The notes: a model not told the origin generated them from the letters alone. DNA of 62,353 nt, filler included, from Nemertoderma westbladi (GCA_032718475.1; 4 parts of 4 records of this genome joined end to end with filler, not necessarily neighbours in it), one strand, 5' to 3'; shown: positions 38,222 to 50,103, counted from the first letter of the whole stretch. Numbers and translations are program-made.

Positions 38222-39430
38222 TTATTTTTCGATGGCCTCAGCTAGTGCTCGGGCAAAACATTTGCCAGATTTCTTGGCCGCATACAAATTGAAATTATCG
38301 CCAGAATACGGTTCTATATATATATCTCTGACCCATGAAAAGTTATGGGTTCCATAAAAGTATACCCAGTAGTAAGACCCCTCCTTTTGAGGAGCGTAAT
38401 TGCTCAGCATTGGTTTATCAATTAGGCCTGGCCACATAGTATCCTTTACCCGTAGACGGGCCCACACCTGATCGTGGAATGTGAATCGATTCCCTGATGG
38501 AAACTGCCACACCTTATCATACTCGATGTCTGAGGATGACTGCGGATCCTTGTCGACAGCAGCATTAGTCTCATTAACATGGTCGTTATCTGACTCTGGC
38601 TCGGGAGTGGAATCATTGGACTCATCAGACAATGAAACCGTATCGTCAGTTTCGCCTTGTTCAGAAGGAGGCCCATGAAAACCACTGTCATCCTTACGGG
38701 GGTTATCTTTACCACTCTCGGAGGCCTTTCCAAGACATTCAGAACTATTACTATTTTTAGTGGAGTTATATCTTTTTTTGTTGTGGCACCTCTCTGCAAA
38801 TCTGCCCCGAAATACGACTTTACGGTCTCTCAGCCTCTTATGTTTAATTAGGAATTCCGGATACACATTACAAACAGAATCTGCAATGGACTCTAAATAA
38901 AAAATATGCCGTTTCTCATAATCATCAACAAGGAGACGTACAGCACTCCTAAATTTCGGGGACAGTGCAGACAATGGGCCAGACACTTCAACCTTTAACA
39001 CTGGGACGAGTTTTACATTTCTTTCTGTGGGAGAAGGCTGGGGTAGGTAGTAATCACAACCGTCTATGGTTGTCTTAGCTAAATTTTGACGTCGAAGATC
39101 AGCCTCCTCTCAATTAAATGATTGACTGTTTGGGATCGAACCCAGATCACAACTGGATGTTGAAGAGGCAGAATTGGGTACATTCAAATCTGATTCGTGT
39201 GATACCTTCTGCCTCTTACTTGTCGGAGTAACTACATTGCCAGTGTATATTTCATTTTCTTTGAAGCAACCTGGGCATATACGCCAGTGTGGCTTCATAA
39301 TGAAAGAGCAACATTTTATTTCTTTCTTGGCATATAATGGTATGCCACATGACGGACATATTTTCATGCGCAAATCAAGTTCTTCCCCACAGTCACAAAT
39401 TGGTTTATGTAAAGATTGTAAACTTGGCAT
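38222..39430 (-). pseudogene. Double zinc-ribbon + PWWP domain protein (~400 aa) with one in-frame TGA at 39110-39112
   Basis: ORFs 39110-39514 and 38222-39001 share one frame with no other stop; N-term CDCGE..CPSCG..KCC..CPGC; C-term FTFHDQVWARL..MWPG..YWVYFYGTHNFSWV..IEPY..FARALAEA. Confidence 0.8.
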
Positions 39431-39888
39431 TGCTATACTAAGTAATGGTATGAAAATAAATTCCGCAGTGTGCTGTGCTAGGTCTATGAAACCAGTATCA
39501 AACCAACCTGTCAATTACTGGTAGGATTATACAGTCTGGGCAGTATACTGGTATGTCAGTGTCAGTAGGCTACTGACAGACTGATGTTTTATGAATGAAT
39601 ACACTAATTCAGCAATCTAATGAGCAAGAGTACAGGAGTAGGCCTACCTTCAAATTCAATACCCGTATTAACTTATTAATCTACATAGGCCTATGGCAGT
39701 GGCAGTATAGTACCGGTATACAGTACTGCAGTATAGTAAGACCAGTACTGCAGTAGGGACTTACAGACTTATCAAAACCGATGTGTACCAGTGTACCTAA
39801 TGCCAGAGCCAGAATGCGTCTGGCTACATTCAGTCATTACCGGTACGGGCCCACTAACTGACTCTTATCACTGAATCTGATAAACAAC

Positions 39889-39988
39889 NNNNNNNNNNNN
39901 NNNNNNNNNNNNNNNNNNNNNNNNNNNNNNNNTTAATTAATTAANNNNNNNNNNNNNNNNNNNNNNNNNNNNNNNNNNNNNNNNNNNN
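39889..39988. other. Artificial contig-joining spacer
   Basis: N44-TTAATTAATTAA-N44. Confidence 0.97.
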
Positions 39989-40994
39989 CCAGAGAGGAAT
40001 TGTACTGTAATAGGCAACCAGTATTGCTATTCCAGCCCAGACATCATTCTTGAAATCCAACATCCCAACATCCTTCCTGTATTGACTCTACTATAAGTGT
40101 TGTATTGCTATCTCAGGTAAATGACAGATGTAATAACATAAATACAATCCATGGCATGGCTGTTGTGTAGGCTTCTGAAATAGTTTATTCCACAATGTAT
40201 ATATGTCTGGTTATTTTTTAATTGAATTTTTGCAAAGTAGTAAAATTAATGTTCTTAAAAATAATATTATTATTTTATATGTAACCTAGGAAATTAGCTA
40301 CATTTTTTCGCTGCAGCTTTAAGAGTGTACATTGATTTAATATTATTTCAATACCCATATTACTACATCGGCATAAGATGCGTTGGCGTTGTATCACACA
40401 TCTCCACATATCACACATCTCCACATAGATGTATCAACAGTTACTCGCACAGTTTCGAAACTTCGCATAGTTATAACTGTATAAAGATCGTCAGTCTGCG
40501 TTTAGGAAAAATATTTTATGACAAAACAGGACAAGCGACGAGCGCAACGAGGCATATAATGAAGACGAGTACTGCGTTGACTAAATTGTTATATAAACCA
40601 CCTGGCTTCACATATTGATCGCATCCCTAGTTATTATTATTATAAAGAACGTCCTAGCCTGCGTTTAAGAAATATATTTAAATACAAAACAGGACGAACG
40701 CAAAGAGGCTTATAATGAAAACGAGTACTGCGTTTATTATATTCCTATAAACCACCTGGCTTTGCATATTTAACGTGCGATTGGAAATAAGTTCGTGCTA
40801 CCCTTCCGTGGGTGGTAGATGTCGCGGTTATGTATTGGTGGGTGGGGGGAGGGGGGGGGGGGGGGGGGTGTGCAGATTAAAAGGGGTGAACACGTACTGT
40901 CCCCCTTTCTTTGATTAATTGGTAGTGTGGGTTAATATCTCATAACCTGATTTTGTGATACAGTCGCACAATTTAAATTTGTATCTCATAACTG

Positions 40995-41420
40995 GGCCTC
41001 GTGCTGCGCGAAGGCCCCACGAACGTGTTATTTACACCAGTCGCAGGAACATCAGATGGGGTCTGTTGCCATGAAGCAGAAGTCTTCATAAAACACCTGG
41101 TGGAGACTCTTGTTGGGAGACGGGAGCGCAGTCTAGCGGCGGTATTCGGAGACATTAGAAGGGGGCTGCTATTCGCCCTCCTAAGGTCATCATCCCTTTG
41201 CCTTAGGGGTCGCCGTCGTTCTTGGCGTGATCTGGGGTTCGGTGGCGGAGCAGGCCTATGGGGTCAAGACCTCACCAACCAGTACTAAGCAGACAATAAG
41301 TATTGCATTATAAATATTATGGTGGTTGGGTTTACCCTTATTATGTTTGATTTGATTCCGGTGCTGATTAAAATTGTGGTTAGATTATATAGTACAATTT
41401 AAGTAATAATATAAAAAAAA
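40995..41420 (+). mobile_element. 3' fragment of a CRE-type (restriction-like endonuclease) non-LTR retrotransposon
   Basis: FTPVAGTSDG..EAEVFIKHL..IRRGLLFALLRSSSLCLRG resembles the C-terminus of CRE-clade elements. Confidence 0.65.
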
Positions 41421-41435
41421 TTTATATTTTAACAG

Positions 41436-41602
41436 GACATTGGAAATGAAAAAAACGATTCGAATGAAGGATTTAAGAAAATTTACATCGACCGATATGA
41501 GAGAGTCAGTGTCCTGTATGCCGATATTGTCAACTTTACTCAAATGTCTTCCAAACTGACAGCAGCCGAATTGGTAGTAACCTTAAATCAGTTGTTTGCC
41601 AG
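41436..41602 (+). CDS. ADCY3: Transmembrane adenylyl cyclase, ADCY3-like, C1a exon (first visible)
   Basis: ttttaacag|...|gttagg; FKKIYIDRYERVSVLYADIVNFTQMSSKLTAAELVVTLNQLFA; phase compatible with the next exon. Confidence 0.9.
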
Positions 41603-43075
41603 GTTAGGCACCTGTTAATTTAATATACTTTGTTTATGTTTTGTTTATGTTGAAATTTGAATTTCACAAATAGTTGTTTTCCCAGCTGGTGGTTATAAAC
41701 TCGGAGATTGGAACACCCAAATTTTCGTTAAGCTGTTAACTAATTCTAAGGAAATAGCTTCAGCTCACCCAGCTGCCATGCGAGCCTGACATTACTGGGA
41801 GAGTGCGTATATAGTGGTTGGACAGTTAGTTAGCTTAATCGACCCTGTGAGTTAGTTAGTTATCTTGGTACCCTTCCAAAAGAGAGGAGCCTCCTGGTTG
41901 CCTCTACAGTAGTGTTTCCTGTTTCACATTCACCAATCACTTTTATAATGCATTCAGTAAAAAGTAATATTTTTCTTTCTTCGTTTAGCAAGGGATTACG
42001 CAGTGCAGTCCCCCCAGAACTATACTCCCCAGAGGAAACTCCAGTACTCATTTAGCTACCACTTAAGCATGCAAGGCAGATCCATGACTGGTAGTTTCAA
42101 CTCATTCGCGCCAAAACGAAACTGCGCTGGCCCATGCGAGGGTCAATTAGTTGTAACAGTTTTTTTTTTTTTTACAATTAGTTAAGCTATATTTTGGAAA
42201 TTTTTAAGTGTTGTGTAGAAATCCTTGTAAATTTTCTTAATGATAGAATCGGAAGGTTCTCTAATCTACAAACTAAACTAAACAACTAAGCTCTCATCTG
42301 AGCTGTGGTAATTGGATTCGAAGCGAGGTCATTTTTTCAGTATGAGTGGCTCTCTGGAAGGTAATTAGTGTGTGTTAACTGCATGGATCATCAATGGGTA
42401 AAATCTTTCCCGCACAACCTGCGACCTTATCACCTTGTTTACATCTAATGTCATTTGAGCTAATTAAATTGCAAAATTATTATGTGCCGAATGTAACAAA
42501 ATATTAAAATCCGTGTTATTACTTGCTGTATTCTTGATATTTATTAATTTTGAACTATTTATTACTGTAACTATTAATAAAACAATGGCGAAAAAGACAA
42601 AACAGGCAAGAGTTAACGCTATTTGTTATTGTTACATTATTGCAGAAAATTGACTTTTTACCTCCTGGCATTAGGGTCAAATACTAGTCAAATGCTACTT
42701 ATTTATTATTATACATATAGTAGGTGTATACTGTATAGCACCATTAGAATTCTTGAAGAACGTCGTCCACCATAGGAAAATAAGTCGACATTGTTTCACT
42801 TCCAGTATTTGTATTTATTTTATTGAATAAATTAATTTGCTATATTTTGTCACCTAAACATTAACTAAAATGTTTAATTTAGCATTCAGAACACCGTTTT
42901 ACTTACATAATTGGATGAAATGCCAACGCTATTCAGTGTTAAAAACACTCGTTAATTTATGCTGATCTCCTTCGCTTTGCACGCTTGGAGCATAAATATA
43001 CACAGGTAACACTCAACTCAGACAAGTGAAGTAGTGCTACGTTTCACACCATGATGTAAACAGATAGTAATTAAG

Positions 43076-44201
43076 GGATGTAGGACAATTCGGTCCCGGA
43101 CAATTCGGTCCGGACAATTCGGTCCCGGACAATTCGGTCCCGGACAATTCGGTCCCAAAACAGTAACTAAATGGGACCAAATTGTCCGGGACCGAATTGT
43201 CCTAGGTCCGAATTGTCCGGGACCGAATTGTCCGGTTCTGATGCAGCTTTTTAGTGCTTTTTTGATATTGGTGAATGTTTTAGAACATTAGTAGAGATAT
43301 TTTTTTATGGTAGCTAGTGTTATTTACAAGCTATAATTTTTTGAAATTATAAAAATACTATATACTTTTTTTTATTTTTGTTATTGGTAAGTGTTCTAAA
43401 ACATTATTATATATTATTTATTAAGTGTAGCTAGTGTTTATTTTACTGGCTAGCATTTCCTTGAAATTATAAAAAAACTTGTGAAAACATTGATATTTCA
43501 GAATTAGGCCTAAACTGTTGCTGATTATATTAATTACCAAAAATATTGATGATATTATAACAGTCCCTGAATGAGATCCAGCTATTATCTAAGATAATAA
43601 TTTAGGCTTGTTAACCAACCAACAAAACATGCAGCATACATACGCAATATATAAAAAAAATCAGTTTTAAACATTTTAAATACATACTATTACTAGCTAG
43701 TAAATAATTCACAAGCTCCATAAAAACACCATAGCTACCATAACTAATAATGTTAACAAAAAAAAGTAAAATTTTTTTATTTACAAAAAAAATACTAGCT
43801 AGTAAAAAAGACACTAGCTACCATATAATAATATCTTTAAGGTTCTAGAACATTCACCATTATATAGTGCAATAGTACCAATTAAATTTGGTCCCGGACA
43901 ATTCGATCCCGGACAATTCGGTCCCGGACAATTCGGTCCCGGACAATTCGGTCCCGGACAATTCGGTCCCGGACAATTCGGTCCCGGACAATTTGGTCCC
44001 GGACAATTCGGTCCCGGACAATTCGGTCCCATTAATATGCATGTTTTGGGACCGAATTGTCCTAGTCAGTATCCGGACAATTCGGTCCCGGACAATTCGG
44101 TCCCGGGCAATTCGGTCCCAAGACACAAAAAACATGGGACCGAATTGTCCGGGACCGAATTGTCCGGACCGAATTGTCCGGGACCGAATTGTCCTGCTTC
44201 C
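43076..44201. mobile_element. Mutator-superfamily (Rehavkus/foldback-type) MITE with 15-bp tandem repeats in both arms
   Basis: 9-bp TSD GTAATTAAG (43067-43075, 44202-44210); TIR ggatgtaggacaattcggtccc/gggaccgaattgtcctgcttcc; repeat ggacaattcggtccc in both orientations. Confidence 0.85.
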
Positions 44202-44206
44202 GTAAT

Positions 44207-44740
44207 TAAGGGGGGGGGGGGGGGGGGTAAACCCCCTGGTGTTTTTTTTTATTTTTTTTATATCACTAAAAAGTCTACTCCTCTGTTATTTTCTTTTTTA
44301 TCTTTTAATACCACATTTTTTGGAACCAGCATGTTCATTTTAATCCTATTTTTCGGCCACTATTTATATTTTATATTTCTTATAATTGGCAATTTTTTAA
44401 AAAAATTAAAAATTATTAAAAAATTTAAAAACACATGTTGTTTTCAAATTTATTTCAATAAAAAAGGGAGAAATATTATCAAATCAAGAAAACCAATGAA
44501 ATTATCTTTCATATACATCTAAAATTGCAAAAACGGTTAAGAAATGACGGAGGAGTAGTATTTTTCTTGTGAGAATATGTCATTCAGAGATTATTGATTT
44601 ACCTTCCCGCGCAAAAATGCCTGGTTGGTTATTACTGTCTGACAGGAAGGAAGCACACCACCGTGCTAAAATTATATTTACGGGGGTTTTCGGGGTCACT
44701 GATTTCATTTCCGATGTCACCGATTAAAACAGAAATTACA
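44207..44740 (+). mobile_element. Non-autonomous TTAA-flanked DNA transposon fragment (same family as 16790-17496)
   Basis: Reverse-complement similarity to 16800-17350; starts at TTAA followed by poly-G. Confidence 0.45.
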
Positions 44741-46163
44741 TTAAGGCAACAGCTCTGCACACAACAGTACCTACTACTGTAGTACTGCTACCACCGGTAC
44801 CGGTGACAGACTAGATAATACCTGAGTGTTTAAAGCTCATCTATCCCATCATAGTAGACATGTACCGTACAACAAGAGTCCCACAAGAAATGAAAACAAA
44901 TAAGTTGGTGCCAGTTCCCAAGAAGGGCAACCTAACACTCTATGGTTCTTTTCGGGGAATCTCATTGATCTCGATTGCTGCAAAACTATACAATAGAATT
45001 CTATTAAATCGCATCAGGGATCCCATTGAGAGACTGCTACGTGGAAATCAGAATGGGTTCCGTAAAGGTCGTGGGACCATGGAGCCCATTTTGGCACTTA
45101 GAAGGATAATTGAAGAGTTATCAAAAAAGAAAGACAGGCATCTGGCTGTTATCTTTGTTGACTTCTTCAAGGCCTTTGATTCAGTCTCTCGCTCACGTAT
45201 GTTCAGCATACTTTCATTGTATGGGATTCCTGATGAAATTATTGCAGCAATCAGATCAGTATACGATGGTTCGACAACATTTGTGTCTACTGTTGACGGT
45301 GACACAGAACCATTTGAAGTGTTATGGGGCGTCCTCCAAGGAGACACACTTGCACCATTCTTGTTCATTATTGTGGTTGACTATGTTCTACGCATGTCCT
45401 TAGATCATCATAATGATGATGGGGTGATGATAACTCCACCTACTGGCTCCAGAAGTCGAGGAAATCCTGCCAAGTACCTAACTGATCTAGACTTTGCTGA
45501 TGACTTAGGAGTACTCTCAGAATCATTAGAGGGAGCCCAGCGGCTCCTCAGCTCATTAGAACATGCTGCTTCTAGTGTTGGTCTTTTTATTAACTCCAGA
45601 AAGACCAAAATTCTGACAGTTAACTTTGAAAGTCCTCAGCAAGTCTCTGATCGGATGAGCATAAGCTCAAAGGATGGTATGCTTGAGCATGTGGACGACT
45701 TCTGTTACCTGGGATCATGGATCCGGAAGTCAGGTGAGGACCTTCGAATACGTAAGGGAAAGGCATGGGCAGCCTTGAATAGGCTTTCCAGGATTTGGAA
45801 GTCACCTAGAATTAATCGGAAACTTAAGGTCCGATTATTTAGAGCAGCAGTAGTTCCAGTACTCCTCTACGGGAGTCCATGCTGGGCTCTAACTGCTGAG
45901 GACACCAAATCTCTGGATTATTGATAGTAACAATGTGTTGGCAAGCTGTATTTTTCGAGGTGTTTGTTATTATACATTTTATTATAAGAAGGGATCTAGG
46001 GGTCTTAACCTCGAATGATAAGTTTATTTTACCGAAAATAACTTATCTTTTATTGGCGCAATTGTAGGACTAATCCCATCACAAGCGTACTTTTTAACCG
46101 GGTAGTGTACAAATTTAGGAATCGCGTAATTTTTCTTGAAATTAATATCTCATATCTCTCCAA

Positions 46164-46206
46164 ACCACGTACGCGTTTCGACCTTACTGGGTCTCATCAG
46201 CGTGGT
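46164..46206 (-). ncRNA. Type I hammerhead ribozyme (copy 1)
   Basis: Minus strand accacg-CTGATGA-gacc(cagtaa)ggtc-GAAA-cgc-GTA-cgtggt: complete core, 6-bp stem I, 4-bp stem II, palindromic ACGCGT stem III. Confidence 0.9.
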
Positions 46207-46207
46207 G

Positions 46208-46264
46208 TCGGATTCGAACCTGGGACCTCGAGGCGGAAGCCGAGACTACAACCACTAGGCCACA
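46208..46264 (-). promoter_or_regulatory. tRNA-like Pol III internal promoter (A and B boxes); repeated at 46620-46676
   Basis: TGGCCTAGTGG ... GGTTCGAATCC with an anticodon-like arm ctcgg-cttccgcc-tcgag between. Confidence 0.8.
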
Positions 46265-46575
46265 GGTTCTTGAGATATGGAGTATTAATTTCAAAGACAG
46301 CTGCCATTTTATTAGCCCCTGATTTTTTATTATTGATAGTAACAATGTGTTGGCAAGCTGTATTTTTCGAGGTGTTTGTTATTATACATTTTATTATAAG
46401 AAGGGATCTAGGGGTCTTAACCTCGAATGATAAGTTTATTTTACCGAAAATAACTTATCTTTTATTGGCGCAATTGTAGGACTAATCCCATCACAAGCGT
46501 ACTTTTTAACCGGGTAGTGTACAAATTTAGGAATCGCGTAATTTTTCTTGAAATTAATATCTCATATCTCTCCAA

Positions 46576-46618
46576 ACCACGTACGCGTTTCGACCTTACT
46601 GGGTCTCATCAGCGTGGT
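46576..46618 (-). ncRNA. Type I hammerhead ribozyme (copy 2)
   Basis: Identical to copy 1, 412 bp away. Confidence 0.9.
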
Positions 46619-48106
46619 GTCGGATTCGAACCTGGGACCTCGAGGCGGAAGCCGAGACTACAACCACTAGGCCACAGGTTCTTGAGATATGGAGTATTAA
46701 TTTCAAAGACAGCTGCCATTTTATTAGCCCCTGATTTTTTATTATTGATAGTAACAATGTGTTGGCAAGCTGTATTTTTCGAGGTGTTTGTTATTATACA
46801 TTTTATTATAAGAAGGGATCTAGGGGTCTTAACCTCGAATGATAAGTTTATTTTACCGAAAATAACTTATCTTTTATTGGCGCAATTGTAGGACTAATCC
46901 CATCACAAGCGTACTTTTTAACCCTTCCCTTCTTTTTCTCCCTCCCTTCTTCTTCTCTCTCTCTTTTTTTTTTTCCCTTCTTATAATAAAATCTCTGGAT
47001 GGCACATTCACAAGAATGCTACGCCGGGTACATTGTGTCAAGTACAATGCACACATCTCCAACCAGACACTATATAACATTGGAGGTGTCTCATTGGTTC
47101 CCCCAAGCTTGACACTAGAACAAAATCGCCTCCGCTTTGCAGGACATTGCTTTCGCCGTGAGGACCAGCCAGTGCACAATCTTGTACTTTGGCAGCCTCA
47201 TGGAGTGAATAAGCATGGTGGACAGCCCATGACTTTCTTGAGACGCATCTTAAAGGACACTGGCCTTAAAGATGCGGATGATCTAGCAAATGTCATGGGT
47301 GATAGGGAGTTGTGGCGGTGCAATTTTGTTGACAAGCCGGCACAGCATTCTTAAAAATGCAGCTGCAATGCAGCATGCCGATCCTAGTAGTACCGGTACC
47401 GGTGACAGACTAGACTAACTAATGGGGCACTTTAATAATAATAATAGTTTTATTGACGAAATAGCTGACACAGAATTACAAGTAACACCAGTAAACAATT
47501 AACAACTTCACATTCACAAATTCATATAACAAAATCAATACGAATAATAGAACCCATCGTCCAAATAATATCACTAACAAAAAATCAGACCAAAATCTTG
47601 TATGTATGTAATTGATCCTATAATACAGTAGCACAAACTGTATAATTACATACATACTGTATAATTAACTCTATCACTAAACTCACCACTCTACTACTCT
47701 ACATGTTATAACGCTCCAATTATTATAAGAATATTGGCTATAATTGCACTCATATACTGTAGGTTTTTTTAATTTAGCAGATCCCTTATGTTTAAGCGTG
47801 GTGCGGTTGTGTCGTGTTGTGCTATAAGTTCGTTAGATTTCTCACCAACCGGTCTCAAACGAGTCAGCGTTCTGTGTGTTAAGTGTACAGCTTTCTGTAG
47901 TTGTCGACAACAGTGAAAAATGATGCACATTTGTTTTTTTATTTACTTTGATATAGCAGATGTTTAAAAAATGCTTCTTTGAAAATGAATTTTGTATGAT
48001 TAATATATATTAATTAACTTGTGTCTAAAATTTTAGCACTGGTATAAATTAATCTTCTAGTGATCCATACAATATCCGAGCAACAATTCCATTCTGTATT
48101 TTTCAG

Positions 48107-48257
48107 TTTTGACAAGTTGGCCGATAAATACCATCAGTTGAGGATAAAGATTCTCGGAGATTGTTATTATTGTGTATGCGGCGTTCCAGAGTTCCGGAAA
48201 GATCATGCCATATGCGCTGTTAACATGGGACTGAGTGTTTGCAAAGCAATAATAAAG
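48107..48257 (+). CDS. ADCY3: Adenylyl cyclase ADCY3-like, C1a exon
   Basis: tttttcag|...|gtaata; [34 protein letters not shown] (KYHQLRIK is characteristic of AC3). Confidence 0.93.
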
Positions 48258-49513
48258 GTAATATTTAATTTAGGTATCATTATTTCTTATGTAGTGTTGA
48301 GACAGCCAGACTGTAACGGATTACAAAACTTTGTTGATTAGATTTGTATTTTTGAAGGATAGCTCAAAGAAAATGATTGATTACTAATGTTATAACGTTG
48401 ATTAGAATTTTATCAGAGATCACCATATCTTGAGTAATTCTGATTGACGACTTGGTTTTATTATTTGTACCTTTTGTTAAGGTTGCTAATTTCCACATGG
48501 TTCATATAATATTAAGAATCGTTTTTTGGAGAAATTTATTCAGTGGAACATTGAACTACGTCCAATTACTTTTCTTAGTTAAAATATAACTGATCCATGT
48601 CAATAAAATATATATGTATAAGTAAGTAAGTAATAAAATATATAAGTATGCAGGTTAATAATAAATTGCAGGAACATGTTGTTTATACCATGTTTTTTTA
48701 CTTTTCTTCTAAACATTAATTTGCTATGTTTTCTGTATTGGTATTGGATTTGTTTCAATGTTGTCGACGTCCTTGTTTCTGCGTACTTTCTGTTGTTGTT
48801 CAGTTCATTCGGTATCACGTGTGTGTTGTTTTAGTAGGTAGAGGTTGATGCTGCCCAGTATTTCAGTAACCATTGTATTGTATTAGGCGTTCTCCCATTG
48901 AGTTGCTCGGGAGGATCCAGATAGGTAGGTAGTTTATTTGCATTTCGATGAGTTTATTTGCGGAAAGATAGAATGAATAAAGTAGCAGCTATGAATGCAA
49001 ATTTCATGTTATCCATCAATCAATTTCTCTCGCACTTTCTGTTAGCTTATGTGGTGAAGTATTACTGTAACCGAACCCATTATCCCTTATGATCTTGTGA
49101 TATATTATATATCTAATTCATCATGATCTTTTTTCGCAATAAAATCATATTAATGGGTATTTACCGGCCACATAAAAGCTCAATGCCGGGCTTTATTTAT
49201 TTCTCATACTGTAAAGAGGAGCCTTTCCTTAGAACATAAGCCATTTAGGGAAAATCATTATTTAGGGGAGAATTTATTTTTAGCGGATTTGTATTGTTTT
49301 CTACTGGTGAATTAATTATTTAGTGTAAATCTCATTATTTTTATGGAAAATTTAATATTTTTGGAGAATCCAAAAATATTAGCAGTAGACTGATCATTGG
49401 GTCCATGACTGCCCTGGACCTATAGCCTAAACGCTACTTATATTACTTCTTAGGTGATGGCACTGGTGACTTTAATTTATTATTTAAATAATTATAATTA
49501 ATAATATTTCCAG

Positions 49514-49771
49514 GTACGAGAGAAGACAAACACTGGCGTGGATATGAGAGTTGGTATTCATTCAGGTGCAGTTCTTGGCGGCATTATGGGCCAGAAACAG
49601 TGGCAGTTCGACATCTGGTCAAAGGATTCCACCCTCGCCAACCGGATGGAATCGGGTGGAATTCCTGGAAGGGTACACATCTCGGAGAAGACGCTTCGGT
49701 CGCTGAAGGGGAAGTTCGAGGTAGAACCAGGCTATGGAGGAGATCGTGATGAGTACCTTAAAGCCAATCAG
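49514..49771 (+). CDS. ADCY3: Adenylyl cyclase ADCY3-like, C1a exon (gene runs off the contig)
   Basis: ttccag|...|gtaatt; [47 protein letters not shown]. Confidence 0.93.
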
Positions 49772-50003
49772 GTAATTAGTATTTAATATTTATTACATTT
49801 TGTTAATCTGCCATATATAATTTAGATTTTTTAATTTCATTTATATGAATTTTTTTATTATATCAAGCTATATCTTAATTTGTATCACTAATTAATTGCA
49901 GTTATTACAACAATGTTACGGTATAGGAAATAATGACAATAATATATACTAAATAATTAAATTTATAAGTAATACAAATATTTTGCAATTAAATTGAAAC
50001 ACA

Positions 50004-50103
50004 NNNNNNNNNNNNNNNNNNNNNNNNNNNNNNNNNNNNNNNNNNNNTTAATTAATTAANNNNNNNNNNNNNNNNNNNNNNNNNNNNNNNNNNNNNNNNN
50101 NNN
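50004..50103. other. Artificial contig-joining spacer
   Basis: N44-TTAATTAATTAA-N44. Confidence 0.97.

Larger units (their letters stand above)
28289..39888 (-). mobile_element. EnSpm/CACTA (CMC)-type DNA transposon, other end not in this contig; contains nested Penelope, LINE and SINE
   Basis: CACTG terminus exactly where piggyBac coding sequence stops; subterminal aaccg/cggtt-rich motifs on both sides of the Penelope; 97-bp tandem repeats; EnSpm-type transposase. The upstream extent is inferred. Confidence 0.65.
45919..46988 (-). mobile_element. Non-coding retrozyme-like element: ~2.4 tandem copies of a 412-bp unit; each full unit has a tRNA-like head and a hammerhead ribozyme
   Basis: Units start at 45919, 46331 and 46743; 12-bp TSD aaatctctggat (45907-45918, 46989-47000); the uninterrupted site is seen in the sister RTE copy near 57330. 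Confidence 0.88.
44816..47391 (+). mobile_element. 5'-truncated RTE-clade LINE in the ADCY intron, interrupted by the 45919-46988 insertion
   Basis: RT motifs RGISL, QNGFR, FVDFFKAFDS, GVLQGDTLAP, DFADD; (tag) tail; 23-bp TSD accggtaccggtgacagactaga (44793-44815, 47392-47414). Confidence 0.93.

Noticed and set aside
39989-40120. Additional ADCY exon ending ctcag|gtaaat
   Set aside because: I found no resemblance to the expected pre-C1a sequence (ERLLLSVLP-like)
41760-42150. Possible SINE or LINE UTR with a (TAAC)n tail, or an HDV-like ribozyme, on the minus strand
   Set aside because: No A/B boxes, TSD or nested pseudoknot could be identified by eye; left unassigned
43814-44205. GPNCP / GTELS / PDNSV pentapeptide-repeat proteins
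   Set aside because: Translations of the 15-bp MITE repeats
46105-46891. Two identical 124-aa ORFs
   Set aside because: GTG-started antisense translations of the 412-bp ribozyme unit, with no domain features
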